A DNA stretch of 64,000 bases, taken from assembly GCF_006345805.1 (NCBI RefSeq), contig NC_042999.1:81282001-81346000 (forward strand), in the 5' to 3' direction. Positions 40,017-54,519 of this stretch are shown here, one piece after another. Position 1 is the first letter of the stretch. Every line of letters begins with the position of its first letter. The notes beneath the pieces are model-generated. The model had not been told where the DNA came from. It saw nothing but the letters and a program-made list of their open reading frames with translations, and did not search any database. This DNA comes from Octopus sinensis (taxonomy: Eukaryota). The translations under genes were made by a program, and so were the position numbers.

Positions 40017-40956
40017 TATATATATATATACGGGAGTTTACATCCGTTTTCTTATAAGGATACTTGAAATATATTGCTTTCCACAACGTTTCACTTCTTC
40101 GAGAGTATAGCAAGAGCACCGCCCCCGATTACCCTGGCATTGTTTAAAAACTGTAAAGTCATTTTGTGGAAAATGTTTGACCAAATCCAATTCGTATAAA
40201 ATTCAAATTTACACACAAAACCTAGTTAAGTATTTCTAGGATAAATATTGATATTTTCCTTTTCGTACATATTCCCTTTCACTAGAAAATATATGTCTTC
40301 AAAATTTCAACTGAAACCTCTGTACTTCAGTTTCCCAAATCACAGCTAAGATTTATTAATGTAACCACGTACATTCTCCTTGTTGCATCCGAGACCATGA
40401 CTTCCCATTTATGGGGAAAACTAAAGTCAAATTTAAACCACATTCATATGTGAACTAATTTATTACTTTAATCCATCTTTGTTAATGCCCAATCTATTTG
40501 AAGCATTCTACCTTCGTAGAGTTAGTCTTGACGTAAAATATATTAACTTATGTTTTATTCACCCCGTAGGAAGATATCCTAATTTCACCCAGTGTGATTG
40601 AGTATATTCCAATTCATACTCTCGTGTAAAGGCACTATAGTGAACTCCATTTGTGCTCCTGGTTATTTTATATACTAAATTTAATTTTCGAGTTCTTAAC
40701 CTAAAACATGTTCTTTTGAATTAATGTACGTGAAATGTTTCTAAGTTAAATATCTTCAAATATATTCCACATTGATACTCTCTTCTTGTGTTAGGATAAT
40801 AATAAAAGTATGTATGCATGCCTGTTTTTAATTCTTGTCATTGTTGCTGAAAATATGGATAACAACCCAAATCTAAATACACCGCAATAATTTATTTTCA
40901 CAAAAACTTACCTGTGTTTTAATATACAGAGTGCGGATGCCTGACATGTGTCATCG

Positions 40957-40990
<34 letters not shown>

Positions 40991-43315
40991 ATGTGTGTGT
41001 GTGTATAAACTAATATTTGCTGGGACTCTACAGCCTGAACACATATCTATGTACTCTTAGTTGAAGAGATATGTTAACATTTTTGCAACGGTGACACAAA
41101 ATAACGTCAAAAGCGAGATCTTTCGAACCTGATCAAATCCTGCTGAGTTTCTTTGGGATGACACAGCCCTCATTGAGTGTCTAGGGCATGGGGTCCTACT
41201 TCTTCCATATCAACCGTAACAATTTTGCAAGCCTCCTTGACAGTAGTAGGCAATTTCTAAAATATATTACACATGGTGTCAAATGGCACTGCAAATGAAC
41301 ATGCAGGAACTTTTGCCACTACTGTCCACACTTCGTCGAAAGTGAAGTTTTCCATGTTGAAGGGGGTGTAGAGTTTCAGCGTTGGGAATGGAAGCAGATA
41401 CTCTCCTAATAGAATGTGTCTTCTGGAGTTGCGAAACACCCAGCTTTTCTACTGTCCATCTCTTCTTTCGAGGAAAATAAACTCCGACTTTTGGTTTTCC
41501 GAAGAGGTTAGCTGTAAACTGAAAGGCTTTTTAAAATGTCATTCCTCTGCCTCCTCTTCTCTCTCTCTCTCTCTAACTCTCTCTGCTTTTTCCGAAGTAC
41601 ACAGCTCTTCTAAGCCGGAGCAAGTTTCATCGTAAGTGCATGATAAGCTAGTTTAATACCACTTTATATTTGACTTTTGGCATGATGGTAACTTGTGGTA
41701 TCGATGCCTAATTTTGCTCGTCTTCTTAGTGAAAATACTTTATCTCCATGATACAATTTTCACTATTGCCTCTTAGTGTGACATTTTTTGTAACACCATC
41801 ATGTAGCACAATGTATAATCGAGAGCACAACCAAAAACTGGATTATAATGAGGAGCAAAATGACGATTAGATATGATAATTCATTGATAATATCCTATAA
41901 ATAGCAATCCAAATCGAATAACTTGCATATGCGATGGATGAAAACCTAATATGAAAATCAATGCTTATTTAAAATGGAAGGGAATGACTTATAGATTACT
42001 GAAAGATTATCTCACTAAAAATGTGGAAAAATCTTGCCCAGCACGTCAAAGGTATCTTCATTTCATGATAAACAAACGTTATCTATTTGATTGTGATAGG
42101 AGATTATTTACGGTGTTCATCTTATAGTGGAATAATATACGCATATATTTCAAATGAAGAGAAAAATGGTTCATGCAGTAACAGATCATGCACATGATTC
42201 AATATAAAAACGTAAATTGTCAGGGAGCCAAAGAGTATTATCACAAAAATGAAAACGAACAAACAGTTATTATTAAATCTGAATATGTAAGAGACTAGTA
42301 AACGTCATGCATCGTGCGCCTATAGCGCATTGATGACACTACAACGAAAATCTTCCCTTTTAAGCGAAAGTTCTTCAGCTGCCTTGCCTGTCTTGTCCAA
42401 CTAGCTAATGATATCGTTCCTCTATTGCGTTATTTGTCAGCCTCTTGGTCTGCTACTCCCATATCTTCTTTCCATATCTACCTCTGCCTGAGCCAACGAG
42501 GGAATCTCTACACGGTCTCTCGATCTGCTAGAGTCAGCAGGAAAATGAAACCCAACTAAAAGTATGTTGGAAAAATTATAGAACAGACAGGTTGTTTGTG
42601 ATTACACATTTAACTCTGAGTTACAGAGACGAGAGCCGCCTTGGAAGAAAAAGAAATGATAAAATAACATCTCGGTTCATTTCTAACATGTATGTAAGCA
42701 TTGGGTAAGGATATAATATTTATAGAATTATACTTCACCTTCATTACACTAACAAATTATACAAAATACTATCTAGTAAATTTACGAAAGGAAAGCACAG
42801 ATTCTCTAATTGAAAATTCTTCATCTCTTTCTCTCTCCTCATCTCTCTCTCTCTACCTTCTCTCGCTCAACACACTCACATACACACACAAACACACACA
42901 CACACCAGCGCCACCACACCACACAAAGAAACATGTATGTATACATGCATAGATTATTTGAAGTGGTGTACAGATTTTATATATTAAGGAAAACGTGGCA
43001 GTTAGGATTTGGATACAGGTACAGACGTCATGATCAGACTCACAAAATTCGAAAAAAGTAGCTGACAGAGCATTTTACGCCGGTAATAATATTAACGATT
43101 TGAAATTCTTAAGTAACTGTGTTTTGAAACCTAAGTATAATTGACACTATAACTAATAAACGAAAAGAAAAGAAAATTTCCTTATAAAGTAATGAGGGAC
43201 AGCATACTTTCGAAAAGAGAGACACGTGACAATTTAACGTTAGTATATACATATGTGGGTGTGTGCGTGCGCGCGCGTGTCTATATACACATGCACACAC
43301 TCATATATATGTATA

Positions 43316-43590
43316 CAGGGAGTGATGAATAAACTGTGATCTAAATTACGCAAAAATGAAAATAACACTGACATCGCATATATTTATCAAAATTACAAAT
43401 AAGTGTCTTGGAATACTAAAGAGAAAATTTATTCAATCAAATTACCAATTGCTTCAACCACGGCTTCTGGATGGTCTCCTTGTTTAAGATGGTGAATGCT
43501 GCCATAATCCTTGCCTTCAGTTCATCTTTGTTGTTTCAAGGAGTTTTGTTGCTCTCTCGCTCAACTGCGCCCCACACATAATAACCAAGT
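43316..43590 (-). mobile_element. Tc1/mariner 3' end (transposase C-terminus and TIR)
   Basis: YYVWGAVERESNKTP*NNKDELKARIMAAFTILNKETIQK..VEAIGNLIE*; ends in ta|cagggagtgatg. Confidence 0.75.
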
Positions 43591-43599
43591 ACGCTGCTT

Positions 43600-43735
43600 A
43601 GTTTATCGTCCTCGTGAAGATGAAAGGCAAAGTCAATCAACTTCGGCAGAATTTGAACTCAGAGCCCCAAGACGAACGAAATGCCGCTAAGCATTTGCCC
43701 GGCCTGCTGACGATTCTACCAGCTCACAGCCCTTG
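43600..43735 (-). mobile_element. SINE family C copy
   Basis: ggcagaatttgaactcagag...gccgctaagcatttgcccggcctgctgacgattctaccagct. Confidence 0.7.
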
Positions 43736-45119
43736 TGCAATATCTAATATTAATTATCATTCTCGCTACGAATCATTACACTAGTCTCCACTAAAACCCT
43801 TTTGAAAACAGAGACATTGAACTTTTTAAGCCAATAATGTTTCTCAATATATATTTCAACATTTTACATACGATTATACTATCCATCAAAATAAATAATA
43901 CTACACAAAATTTGATATATTTTCTTCGCGCATGTAATATTGAAGTGCACTGCAACATTTTTACATATCACAAAGATTGTATAGTTAACAAACGTATCTG
44001 TGTTTAATTTAAATATATAGCTAATCCTATAGAAGAATGTAATCGTTGAAAAAAACAAAACACAGATGCCCTCTCGGAAATTTAGAAAACTGTAACTGTC
44101 ATGTTACTACATTAACGTTAACTTTGACATCAGCACCACTGAAAGAACTAAATTAAATGTTATAGAATATGCAATAAATTTCAGCATTGAGATTAAAGCA
44201 ACATATCTGAAAGTAATAAATTATTCGTTGGGAAGCACACAATATTTAACTTTAACTACGTGATACACATCTAGCAAACTTAACATTTAACTCTTACATG
44301 AAAGTGATTATAAAATTAAAAATATATAATTCTCATAAAGCGTTCAGGAACTGCCTGAAAGCATATACGATGAAGTTATATGACTTGGATCGTATTGCAT
44401 TAAGACAGGTTTCTGAAACTTATTGATTTTATAATCCCGGATAAACTTGAAGCTATACAGCTGAATGTTTGCAGTATCACCTTGATATAAGCCCTTATAT
44501 TTTAGGGTGTTACATCCTGGGTAAGATTTACAAGTGGTAATTATTAGCTGTACTCGAAGAAATAAACGATAAAATGAAGACATAAAGAATTAGTAGCTGA
44601 AAATCTAATTTATGTGCTAAAGGATGGTGTGATTCATGTCTGAAGGCAAGGAATAAGTATGATTATATTAAATGAGCACTTTGTACTTCCCTTCCCAACT
44701 ATACTATGAATCCCTAATTCACTTAGTTTATTATGGTCGTAATATCTTTGAAGTACTGCATTCCTTTTGATGTTGACCGCTTTGTGTGCAAACACACTAC
44801 TAACCTCACAAAATTAAATATAACATTTCGACATTTCTCTAACTGAAATCGTTTTTACATTTAATTGTTTCTCCTTACGCGATGATGATTTGTTTCGCTG
44901 TAAAATCTAATTACTCTTACAATATTTGCCATTTGATAAAAAAAAATACGTTACTATTGACTTAACTTTTTCGTTTCTACTTATTTAGACGAATTTTAGC
45001 AGTACTTTAGATACAAGACTCATTAGCATGAGTTCTACATTTTGTAAAATCCTGAGCTTTCGATTAATATTTACAGTGGAACGAAGCTTGAGTCCGGCAT
45101 CTCGGTTGCAACGTATCAA

Positions 45120-46925
<1,806 letters not shown>

Positions 46926-48158
46926 TCATTCGGTCATCAGGATAGGGCCGTATATAATAACATTAACAATTTAAGTAAGGACGGGAGCGCGGCGGATGCC
47001 GGGGTAGTCGCTCCCGCATTTAATTTAGCGAACAAGGATAATTATCGGTCCGGGTGGTCTTACACTAACCCAAGACCCGTTATTCATCCGAGAATCACCC
47101 ACCCGAATGCGAGAGCTGGCGTCCCGACCCATCACACTGATAGGAATAAGCATATATGGTTTGTAATCCCCTTTGGTAAGCAGATTAGAACTAACCTCCC
47201 CCTCATGTTTAGACAAGCCATCGCCAATAACTTCCCCAGAAATTCCAAATATTACTCCACGGTTAACTCGCATAAAGTTAGGATAGCTTTCTCCAACACT
47301 AAAAACCTCGCCCAGATAATCGCCTCCCATAATAATAGGATACTTACTAAGACCCTATCACCTTTTTCCGGAGGCACAGCCTCTTCCGCTCCCGGTTTAA
47401 TGCTCAGTAGGAATAATTATAGTAGTAATAATGATATGAGAGCCAGTACAGTGACACATAATCTCAGCTCCAGCCAGGGAGTACCCACTAGGGGTATAGT
47501 TATAAATAGGGGTGTTGTGGTTGACGGTAACAATGGGAGTAGGGTAGAGAGCCCCAATAGCATCCCCAGCATCATTTCCCGCAATAGCAGCACCACGGGC
47601 ACTAGCAATGACAGCACTCTGATAGATAGTGGAGAATCAGGGGTTATTCCTATAGTTAATAGTGACGTAGTGGAAAATAGAGTAGTAAGCGGCTGCAGGT
47701 CTCGGAACGAATATAGTGACAGGAACGCAGTTCTAATTTCAGAAACTAATCCTAGCAGAATAAGATTCACGTCGGCGAACTCCAAGATCAAAAACGCCGT
47801 CTACCAATGCAAGGTTTACACGGACTCAGATGTCTTCACTTATGTAGGGGCCTCATCCTCAAGATTGTCTTTGCGAGTCTCCAACCATTACGCAACTTTT
47901 CGGGACATGAACAAGCGCCAGACCACGGGACTCAGTAAGCTAATATGGCGACTGAAGGATACGAACTTAAGCTACAGGCTGGAATGGTCAATTTTGTCGG
48001 TGGCCCTCCCACTTGATAGGGGCAGAAGGCAGTGCAACCTTTGTGTCTCCGAACTCTTCCATATTTTGTTTGCCAGAGGCCGGATGGTAAACGGGCTTTT
48101 ACAGTCGGCTTTTCGATGCCCCCATTGGCGGCGTTACACTTATCTGGCCTTTAAATAG
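46926..48158 (+). CDS. 5'-truncated Neptune-type PLE ORF: thumb/linker, low-complexity insert and GIY-YIG endonuclease
   Basis: My translation shows the frame of ORF 47205-48158 is stop-free back to the inversion junction (HIWFVIPFGKQIRTNL upstream of the ATG); NAVYQCKV..YVGASS..LSLRVSNH..LSKLIW..EWSIL..CNLC..CPH. RT domain absent; expression unknown. Confidence 0.82.
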   Translation, partial: SFGHQDRAVYNNINNLSKDGSAADAGVVAPAFNLANKDNYRSGWSYTNPRPVIHPRITHPNARAGVPTHHTDRNKHIWFVIPFGKQIRTNLPLMFRQAIANNFPRNSKYYSTVNSHKVRIAFSNTKNLAQIIASHNNRILTKTLSPFSGGTASSAPGLMLSRNNYSSNNDMRASTVTHNLSSSQGVPTRGIVINRGVVVDGNNGSRVESPNSIPSIISRNSSTTGTSNDSTLIDSGESGVIPIVNSDVVENRVVSGCRSRNEYSDRNAVLISETNPSRIRFTSANSKIKNAVYQCKVYTDSDVFTYVGASSSRLSLRVSNHYATFRDMNKRQTTGLSKLIWRLKDTNLSYRLEWSILSVALPLDRGRRQCNLCVSELFHILFARGRMVNGLLQSAFRCPHWRRYTYLAFK

Positions 48159-48662
48159 CATTTATAAATAATACCGGCACCCATAGCCCTTGGTAACAAA
48201 TTCTGAAATAGCCTTTAAGATATCTACGATTAACCACTGCAAGGGGAATTACTCCTGTAAGATAAACGGGGCTTGGTTTTTTCACAACGGGGGGTTTCCT
48301 TGACAAGGCAGGCTTAGATGAACACACACACACATAAAACATAATATATAGTAGCCACTGACAGCCGAACGATCAAACGCACACACGTACACAAAAAATG
48401 TTTTCTACCCCTACGCCAACACACAGATATATAGAACAGTATACACACACACACACGTCTCTAAGTAGATTTTTTCTCGCCCCTTATAAAACATCCAATA
48501 TTCCTTAAATAGTCAGAACTTTATTCTCGGTCACAAAGAACATCTACACACCCTCACCCACATGATTGACCGATGCCTGACCCGTTGAATTCTTCAGCCA
48601 CCGGTGCTCAGCATACACTGATAAACAGTTTTGCCATGGGCTCTTAGGAGCCTAATTCGATT

Positions 48663-48853
48663 TGTTTTTGCTCCGCCTCTGTTCTGTTTTTGTTTTTTCC
48701 AACGGATTTCCTATTTTCTTCCTGAAGAGAAAGACACAATATGGTCCCATTATTCAATCGGATTTTGGTAAATTGTGCCTTTCGAAACACGTGTAGAATG
48801 AAATAAAACGATTTCTGTTCAATCTGCGTTCAGCTCCATTTCTTCAATTCACC

Positions 48854-48887
<34 letters not shown>

Positions 48888-48971
48888 TCAGTCCCACCAC
48901 AACACAGACGTATTCATCCATATATAAACATACATACTCAGATATATACAATAAATACACCCTATATACAT

Positions 48972-49012
<41 letters not shown>

Positions 49013-49156
49013 AAAAATAAAAGAACCCGTTCATACATATAAAATGCACACATATACACTCAACCCACCAAACAAACATAATCATATATATACATACATA
49101 TACACATTTATATACACTTATATAACATATATAAACATGTATATACATATACATAT

Positions 49157-49229
<73 letters not shown>

Positions 49230-50355
49230 CAAGCTCGCACATATCTATGAATATAGATTTACACACATACATACACACGTACAAATTATAAACAGCTGTA
49301 AGTGAGAGATATATAGCTGATGTTTGTCAGCTGATGTTGTCAATTAAATATCCACTCTATTTTCTTCTTTGTCTTTACCTCCACTTATAACTTTATTCAA
49401 TTGTACGATTGCCTGCAACAATAAGCATTTGGATATATATATATATATCTGTCCGTTTCCATGTTTTTGTTTTATGTTTCCGTTTCTCATTGTGTTCAAT
49501 GATTTTTTTTTGGTGTCCTGTACCCATATATGCATGTATATATACATATAGATGTAGGTATGCACATATATGAATGTATAATGCATATGCTTTATATACT
49601 ATTTTGTTATTATATGATCGAACGCCACGCATCCACTTCCAAGTAAGTTTTATCTTAATAATTATGATGCGCACTCTTAACTTTACTTTTCCTCTTCTGG
49701 GTCTCTCTCTCCTCTCCTGTTCTTCATCCTTTCTGGTTTTCTCTCCTACCCTTCCTATTCTTCCCTCTCTCTTACTCATCCTCCTCCTCTCGTCACTGAC
49801 ACGTGACCAGAGGGTAACTTTCTCGACTGCTACCTTAAACAAGTCAACACGGCTTATCCTGTCCTTCTCGTAAGCCGTTTTGTCAATGCGTTCAAAGTAA
49901 TTTTTTCTTCGTCTCGGCTTAACAGCCTTCATCATTTGTTTTTACTGTGATATTCTTCTTGTCCTGTCTTTTACTGATTTTTTTATATTATTTTTACTGT
50001 CTTGTTTTGTTTTTACTGTCCTGTTCTTGTTACCACTTTTACCCCTCCGCAAAAATCCCAAGTTTTATTAAATTTTCTTTGCGGGAAGGAGTGTTTCATG
50101 AATTGGCGTCTTGCCCTTACTTTCGAAATGTGGAGTAGCCGTAGCAGGGGCAACTGAAGAAGGGGAATATTCCTTGGGTTGTATGTCTTGCACTCTGTTT
50201 TTTCGTTGTTTGAAGAAAAACGAGTCCATTTCCATGTTTTTGTTTTTGTCTTCGTTTCTTATTGTGTAAAACGTTTGTTTGTGTCCTGTACCCATATTTA
50301 CATGTATATATGCATATATATATGTAGTTATGTACATATATGTAGATATATATGC

Positions 50356-50362
<7 letters not shown>
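48663..50362. repeat. Right arm of the 1.7-kb inverted repeat; its first ~195 bp is the PLE 3' terminal repeat
   Basis: Pairs with 45229-46925; both outer ends run into (TA)n. Confidence 0.95.
48714..48803 (+). ncRNA. Type-I hammerhead ribozyme motif with intact core
   Basis: UUUUCUUC CUGAAGA GAAAG-A-CACAAU...AUUGUG-C-CUUUC GAAA CACGUG UA GAAUGAAA: palindromic stem III ACACGUGU, GUA triplet. Confidence 0.8.
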
Positions 50363-50403
<41 letters not shown>

Positions 50404-51942
50404 AATATTGTACCAAGTACTCACATATATTATATATTGTATATTATGTGATATCTTTTTTATATATTACTATGATTTTATTCCCTCTGACGTCAATGGG
50501 AGTACTTTATATTGTGAAAAGTAATGGTAATATTCATAGACTTGGCATCCAGTTGTACTATAAATTCGTTTCAATAATTTTACTGATTGTCAAATGTTGT
50601 ATATTGTGTGGTATGTTATATGTTATAAATTACATGTTATATATAATGTGTTATATATTTTATGTTATATTTCATAAACGGGTATTTATTTTAAAAGCTT
50701 ATTTATGTTAACATTGAAATGTAATGTATGAGGAGTTATTGGTATAAGATAATAGCTTTTCGTATATTTTAATGTTTAAATGTTTTGCCCGGTTACTCCC
50801 AAATTAGCTATATTTCACAAAAATGAAAGTTCTTTCATGATTATTTCTTCAATTAGAAATTTATCTTAGAAGTATTCATATCGTAAGAACAGATTCCTCA
50901 CCATATGTATTTATTTATTATCCTCTTTAGTATTTAAGACACCTAAGACAATTTCTTCTTAAATTTTCCATGAATATTTTCTTAAATTTGTGCTGCATTT
51001 TGACCCGATACAACGCTATTGTTTTTAAATATTAGCTGACACTACTGTAGGACTGACACTAACCATAGCCTACTTATCATAGGGGTATTATGATGACATT
51101 CTTTTGTTAGTAAGTAATAACATCACACTTAATTTATACCTAAATTATTTCTTTATTGATATAATTACGTAATGATTTCCTAAAATCTCTTTTCCTTAAC
51201 TAAATTTTATTGCTATTCTATTGCATAGATTTCAGTTTCTAACTAATCACGACTGTTATATGGATCATCCCATTAACGTTACCCTATAACGCTTATCTTT
51301 ACTATCTCCGCCATTAATATCCTTTTTGTGCGTGCATGTGTGTGTGTGCGTATATAGACGTGAGCGAGTATGTGCGTGTATGGGCGTGTGTGTGTGCGTC
51401 CATAAGGGTATGTGCGTATATAGACGTGGTTCACTCTTTGTATACTCCCTTATACCTTTTTTCTGTATTGTTACCCGTAACCCTGTTTTTTCTTGTGCTT
51501 GTGCGTATGTAGACGTGTGTATGAACCTTTACTGTGCGCGCGTGTGTGTGTAGGCTTGTAGGTATATGCATATGCATTTGGCGAAGGATGTGAGTGAGGA
51601 TGTGTACGTTTTCAATTGAGGGTCGATCAATGTATGCGCACGCTTACGCGAATACTATGAAGTTTTTACCCCCTTACTTAGCGCTCATTCAAATAGCTCT
51701 TTTGTCTTAATAACAGTCAAAGACACAGTAATTTCCCGTTGTATAACGGTCAATTTTCATAGTGTTTTCCCAATGGTCGGATAATTGAATAGATATCGGC
51801 GTGGATTTTCACCTCGGCATTCGAAACTCGGATTTTTATCATGGCTATCGAATAATCGTCACATATTACATTTACAGATAAATACCTCTATTTACATAAT
51901 ATCGGTCTCTTTCTTTCTTTTGTTATCTTACCGTTTTTACCA

Positions 51943-52019
<77 letters not shown>

Positions 52020-52036
52020 ATGTGTGTGTGTGTGTG

Positions 52037-52093
<57 letters not shown>

Positions 52094-52254
52094 ATATATA
52101 TATATATGTATATATATATGTATATATATACAACTTATAAATAAGGGCAAACGAAAAAAATTAGGTACCCCAAATTGTGCTCATGTCTTAGTGTCTTGCC
52201 ATTGATAATTTTTTCTTTCGAAAAAAAATTAATCCTACCTTAAATATAAATATG

Positions 52255-52342
<88 letters not shown>

Positions 52343-52366
52343 ATATATATGTATGTAGTATGTATG

Positions 52367-52422
<56 letters not shown>

Positions 52423-53409
52423 ATATATGTATATACATATATATATATGCCATTACTTGGTTAGCTACTTCCTTTGGTGAAATATTACTCTAAATTCTTC
52501 AGCAGCTGTCTTAATATTTGAATTATTTATATGATTAAATTGAAGACAAATTGCATTGGTACGTAAAATTCGTATTTGATGAAATATTACATAATAGCCT
52601 GAAAAAGCCAAAAGAAAAAGTGCCTCATTCTAAAACTGTTTGTAAATTCATCCTATCTAATAACGAACAAATTTTTGGACATTCAGCTTTGTAGTTAGAG
52701 AAGCGAATAGCATCCTAAAACTGCTAACAGGCTCACTACATTTAATGGTTTTTTAACGGAAAATCAAAGAATCTCATTAAACAGCAACTGTAGAAATTGT
52801 TAATGATAAATTCAACTTTTACAATATTAGTGTACATCTTGTATCGAAAGTATCATTATAATCTACAGCTGCATCTCACAGGAAACATGTCCATTCTGGA
52901 AATATCAGCAACATTGTTATAAGACAATACGTAGACTTACCCAAAAGACTGCAGCATATATGTGTGTGTGTGTGTGTGTGTGTGCGTGTGTGTATGTGCG
53001 TGTGTATGCGTATGTACATATATATATATGTACAATATATATATATTTCCTTAATTGTTAAACTTATTCCGAAATACTTTTCATTACCCGACATGCAGTT
53101 CGTAAAAAGCCCGCCCTTTACCGGATATATGATTTATAAACATTCCATGTGCTTGGCCGGAGTGGGCAGTTGTCTGTTCGTCTTCGCTACGTAAGGTTGG
53201 TAGTTTATTATGATGTGTTCAGAATCAGTTCTGCTGAGGATCATAAGACGGAAGTTGAATGTGAAATCACGGTGATACAGAACTAAATTCATTTTTAAAT
53301 GTCTTGCTTTGAAAAACTGCATTTAGGTATGATTAGTATAATTTTGGTAGTAATGACTTTGTCCCTCTTAGTGTGAGGCATTTATGTGTAATAATGCCCT
53401 CTACAATAT

Positions 53410-53537
<128 letters not shown>

Positions 53538-53584
53538 TATATATATATATACTTTATTTAAAGCAGCAGAAAATTCAACAACAC

Positions 53585-53622
53585 CTGTTACTCTGAGTTT
53601 CCCGTTGCCGTTCATCGGACAG
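53585..53622 (-). ncRNA. Hammerhead-like motif (U4C variant) in a probable PLE terminal-repeat relic
   Basis: CUGU CCGAUGA ACG GCAA CGG GAAAC UC A GAGU A ACAG. Confidence 0.5.
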
Positions 53623-54519
53623 TTATTGCTAGAATGGAACGGATATGTCAATTCTATCCAGACTATTACAAACGCTACACCTTTAAAATAATGGACTTGT
53701 TTGATTGGCCTTATAGAAATAACGGTCAATCTTCGAGTGATAAACAAAAATGAACTCAAAAATATATATATGTATGTATATAAAAGTTATAAAAATTATA
53801 AAATTCGAGGAAAAAACCTTACATTGAATAAAATACATATTGACCTTAATGAAGGAAATATAATTAATACATGGAAATTAAAAGGCATTAAAAATATTAC
53901 ACTGCAATACATATTCATATTAAAGTATACATATATATATATCAGCATACACAGAAAGATGCGTGCAAACCCCATACATATACAGACGTATAAATATAAA
54001 GCTAAAATATACACACAAATGCATGTATACATATGTATACGCAATCTAGTTCGCACGAAAGCTAAAATCATGGATGTTAACGTAGCGTTCTTATTTACGA
54101 AGCAAAGCTTAAGACATGAGTAAGTGAGGGAGGACGTAAAGTTGCATGTCTCTATACAAGTATCGTATAGTTCGAGAAAAAAACGAAAGAAAGGAAGAGA
54201 GAGAAAAAAGAACGAAGAAGGGGAAGGAAAAAAAGAGAAAGGAGGGGTGGGGAAAAACGAAATAAGAAAAATTATGTATACAAGCTGTGTAACCACGTTA
54301 TTGACATATATATAGAGACAAGTATACAAACACACAAGTTCAAGTGGATACATACACATACAGTCGTGTATGTGTGTGCTTAAGCACAAACATACGCTCA
54401 CTTACACATACACAGAGACGCATGCTTACAAATACATATTCGTGGATATACACATATTTACATCAAAATTCTAATTTTTGACAACATTGCTTTTTTAAAA
54501 AAATGGTGAGTGTAATAAT

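Noticed and set aside
40030-40140. cgaagaagtgaaacgttgtgg on the minus strand, possible HHR relic
   Set aside because: Stem II is missing; at best a decayed terminal repeat
41200-41640. Slightly GC-richer segment with short ORFs, possible host exon
   Set aside because: No recognisable domain in any frame; stops in all long readings; no convincing splice context
53701-54401. 140-aa and 201-aa overlapping ORFs
   Set aside because: Low-complexity AT/purine-biased DNA with microsatellite-derived residues
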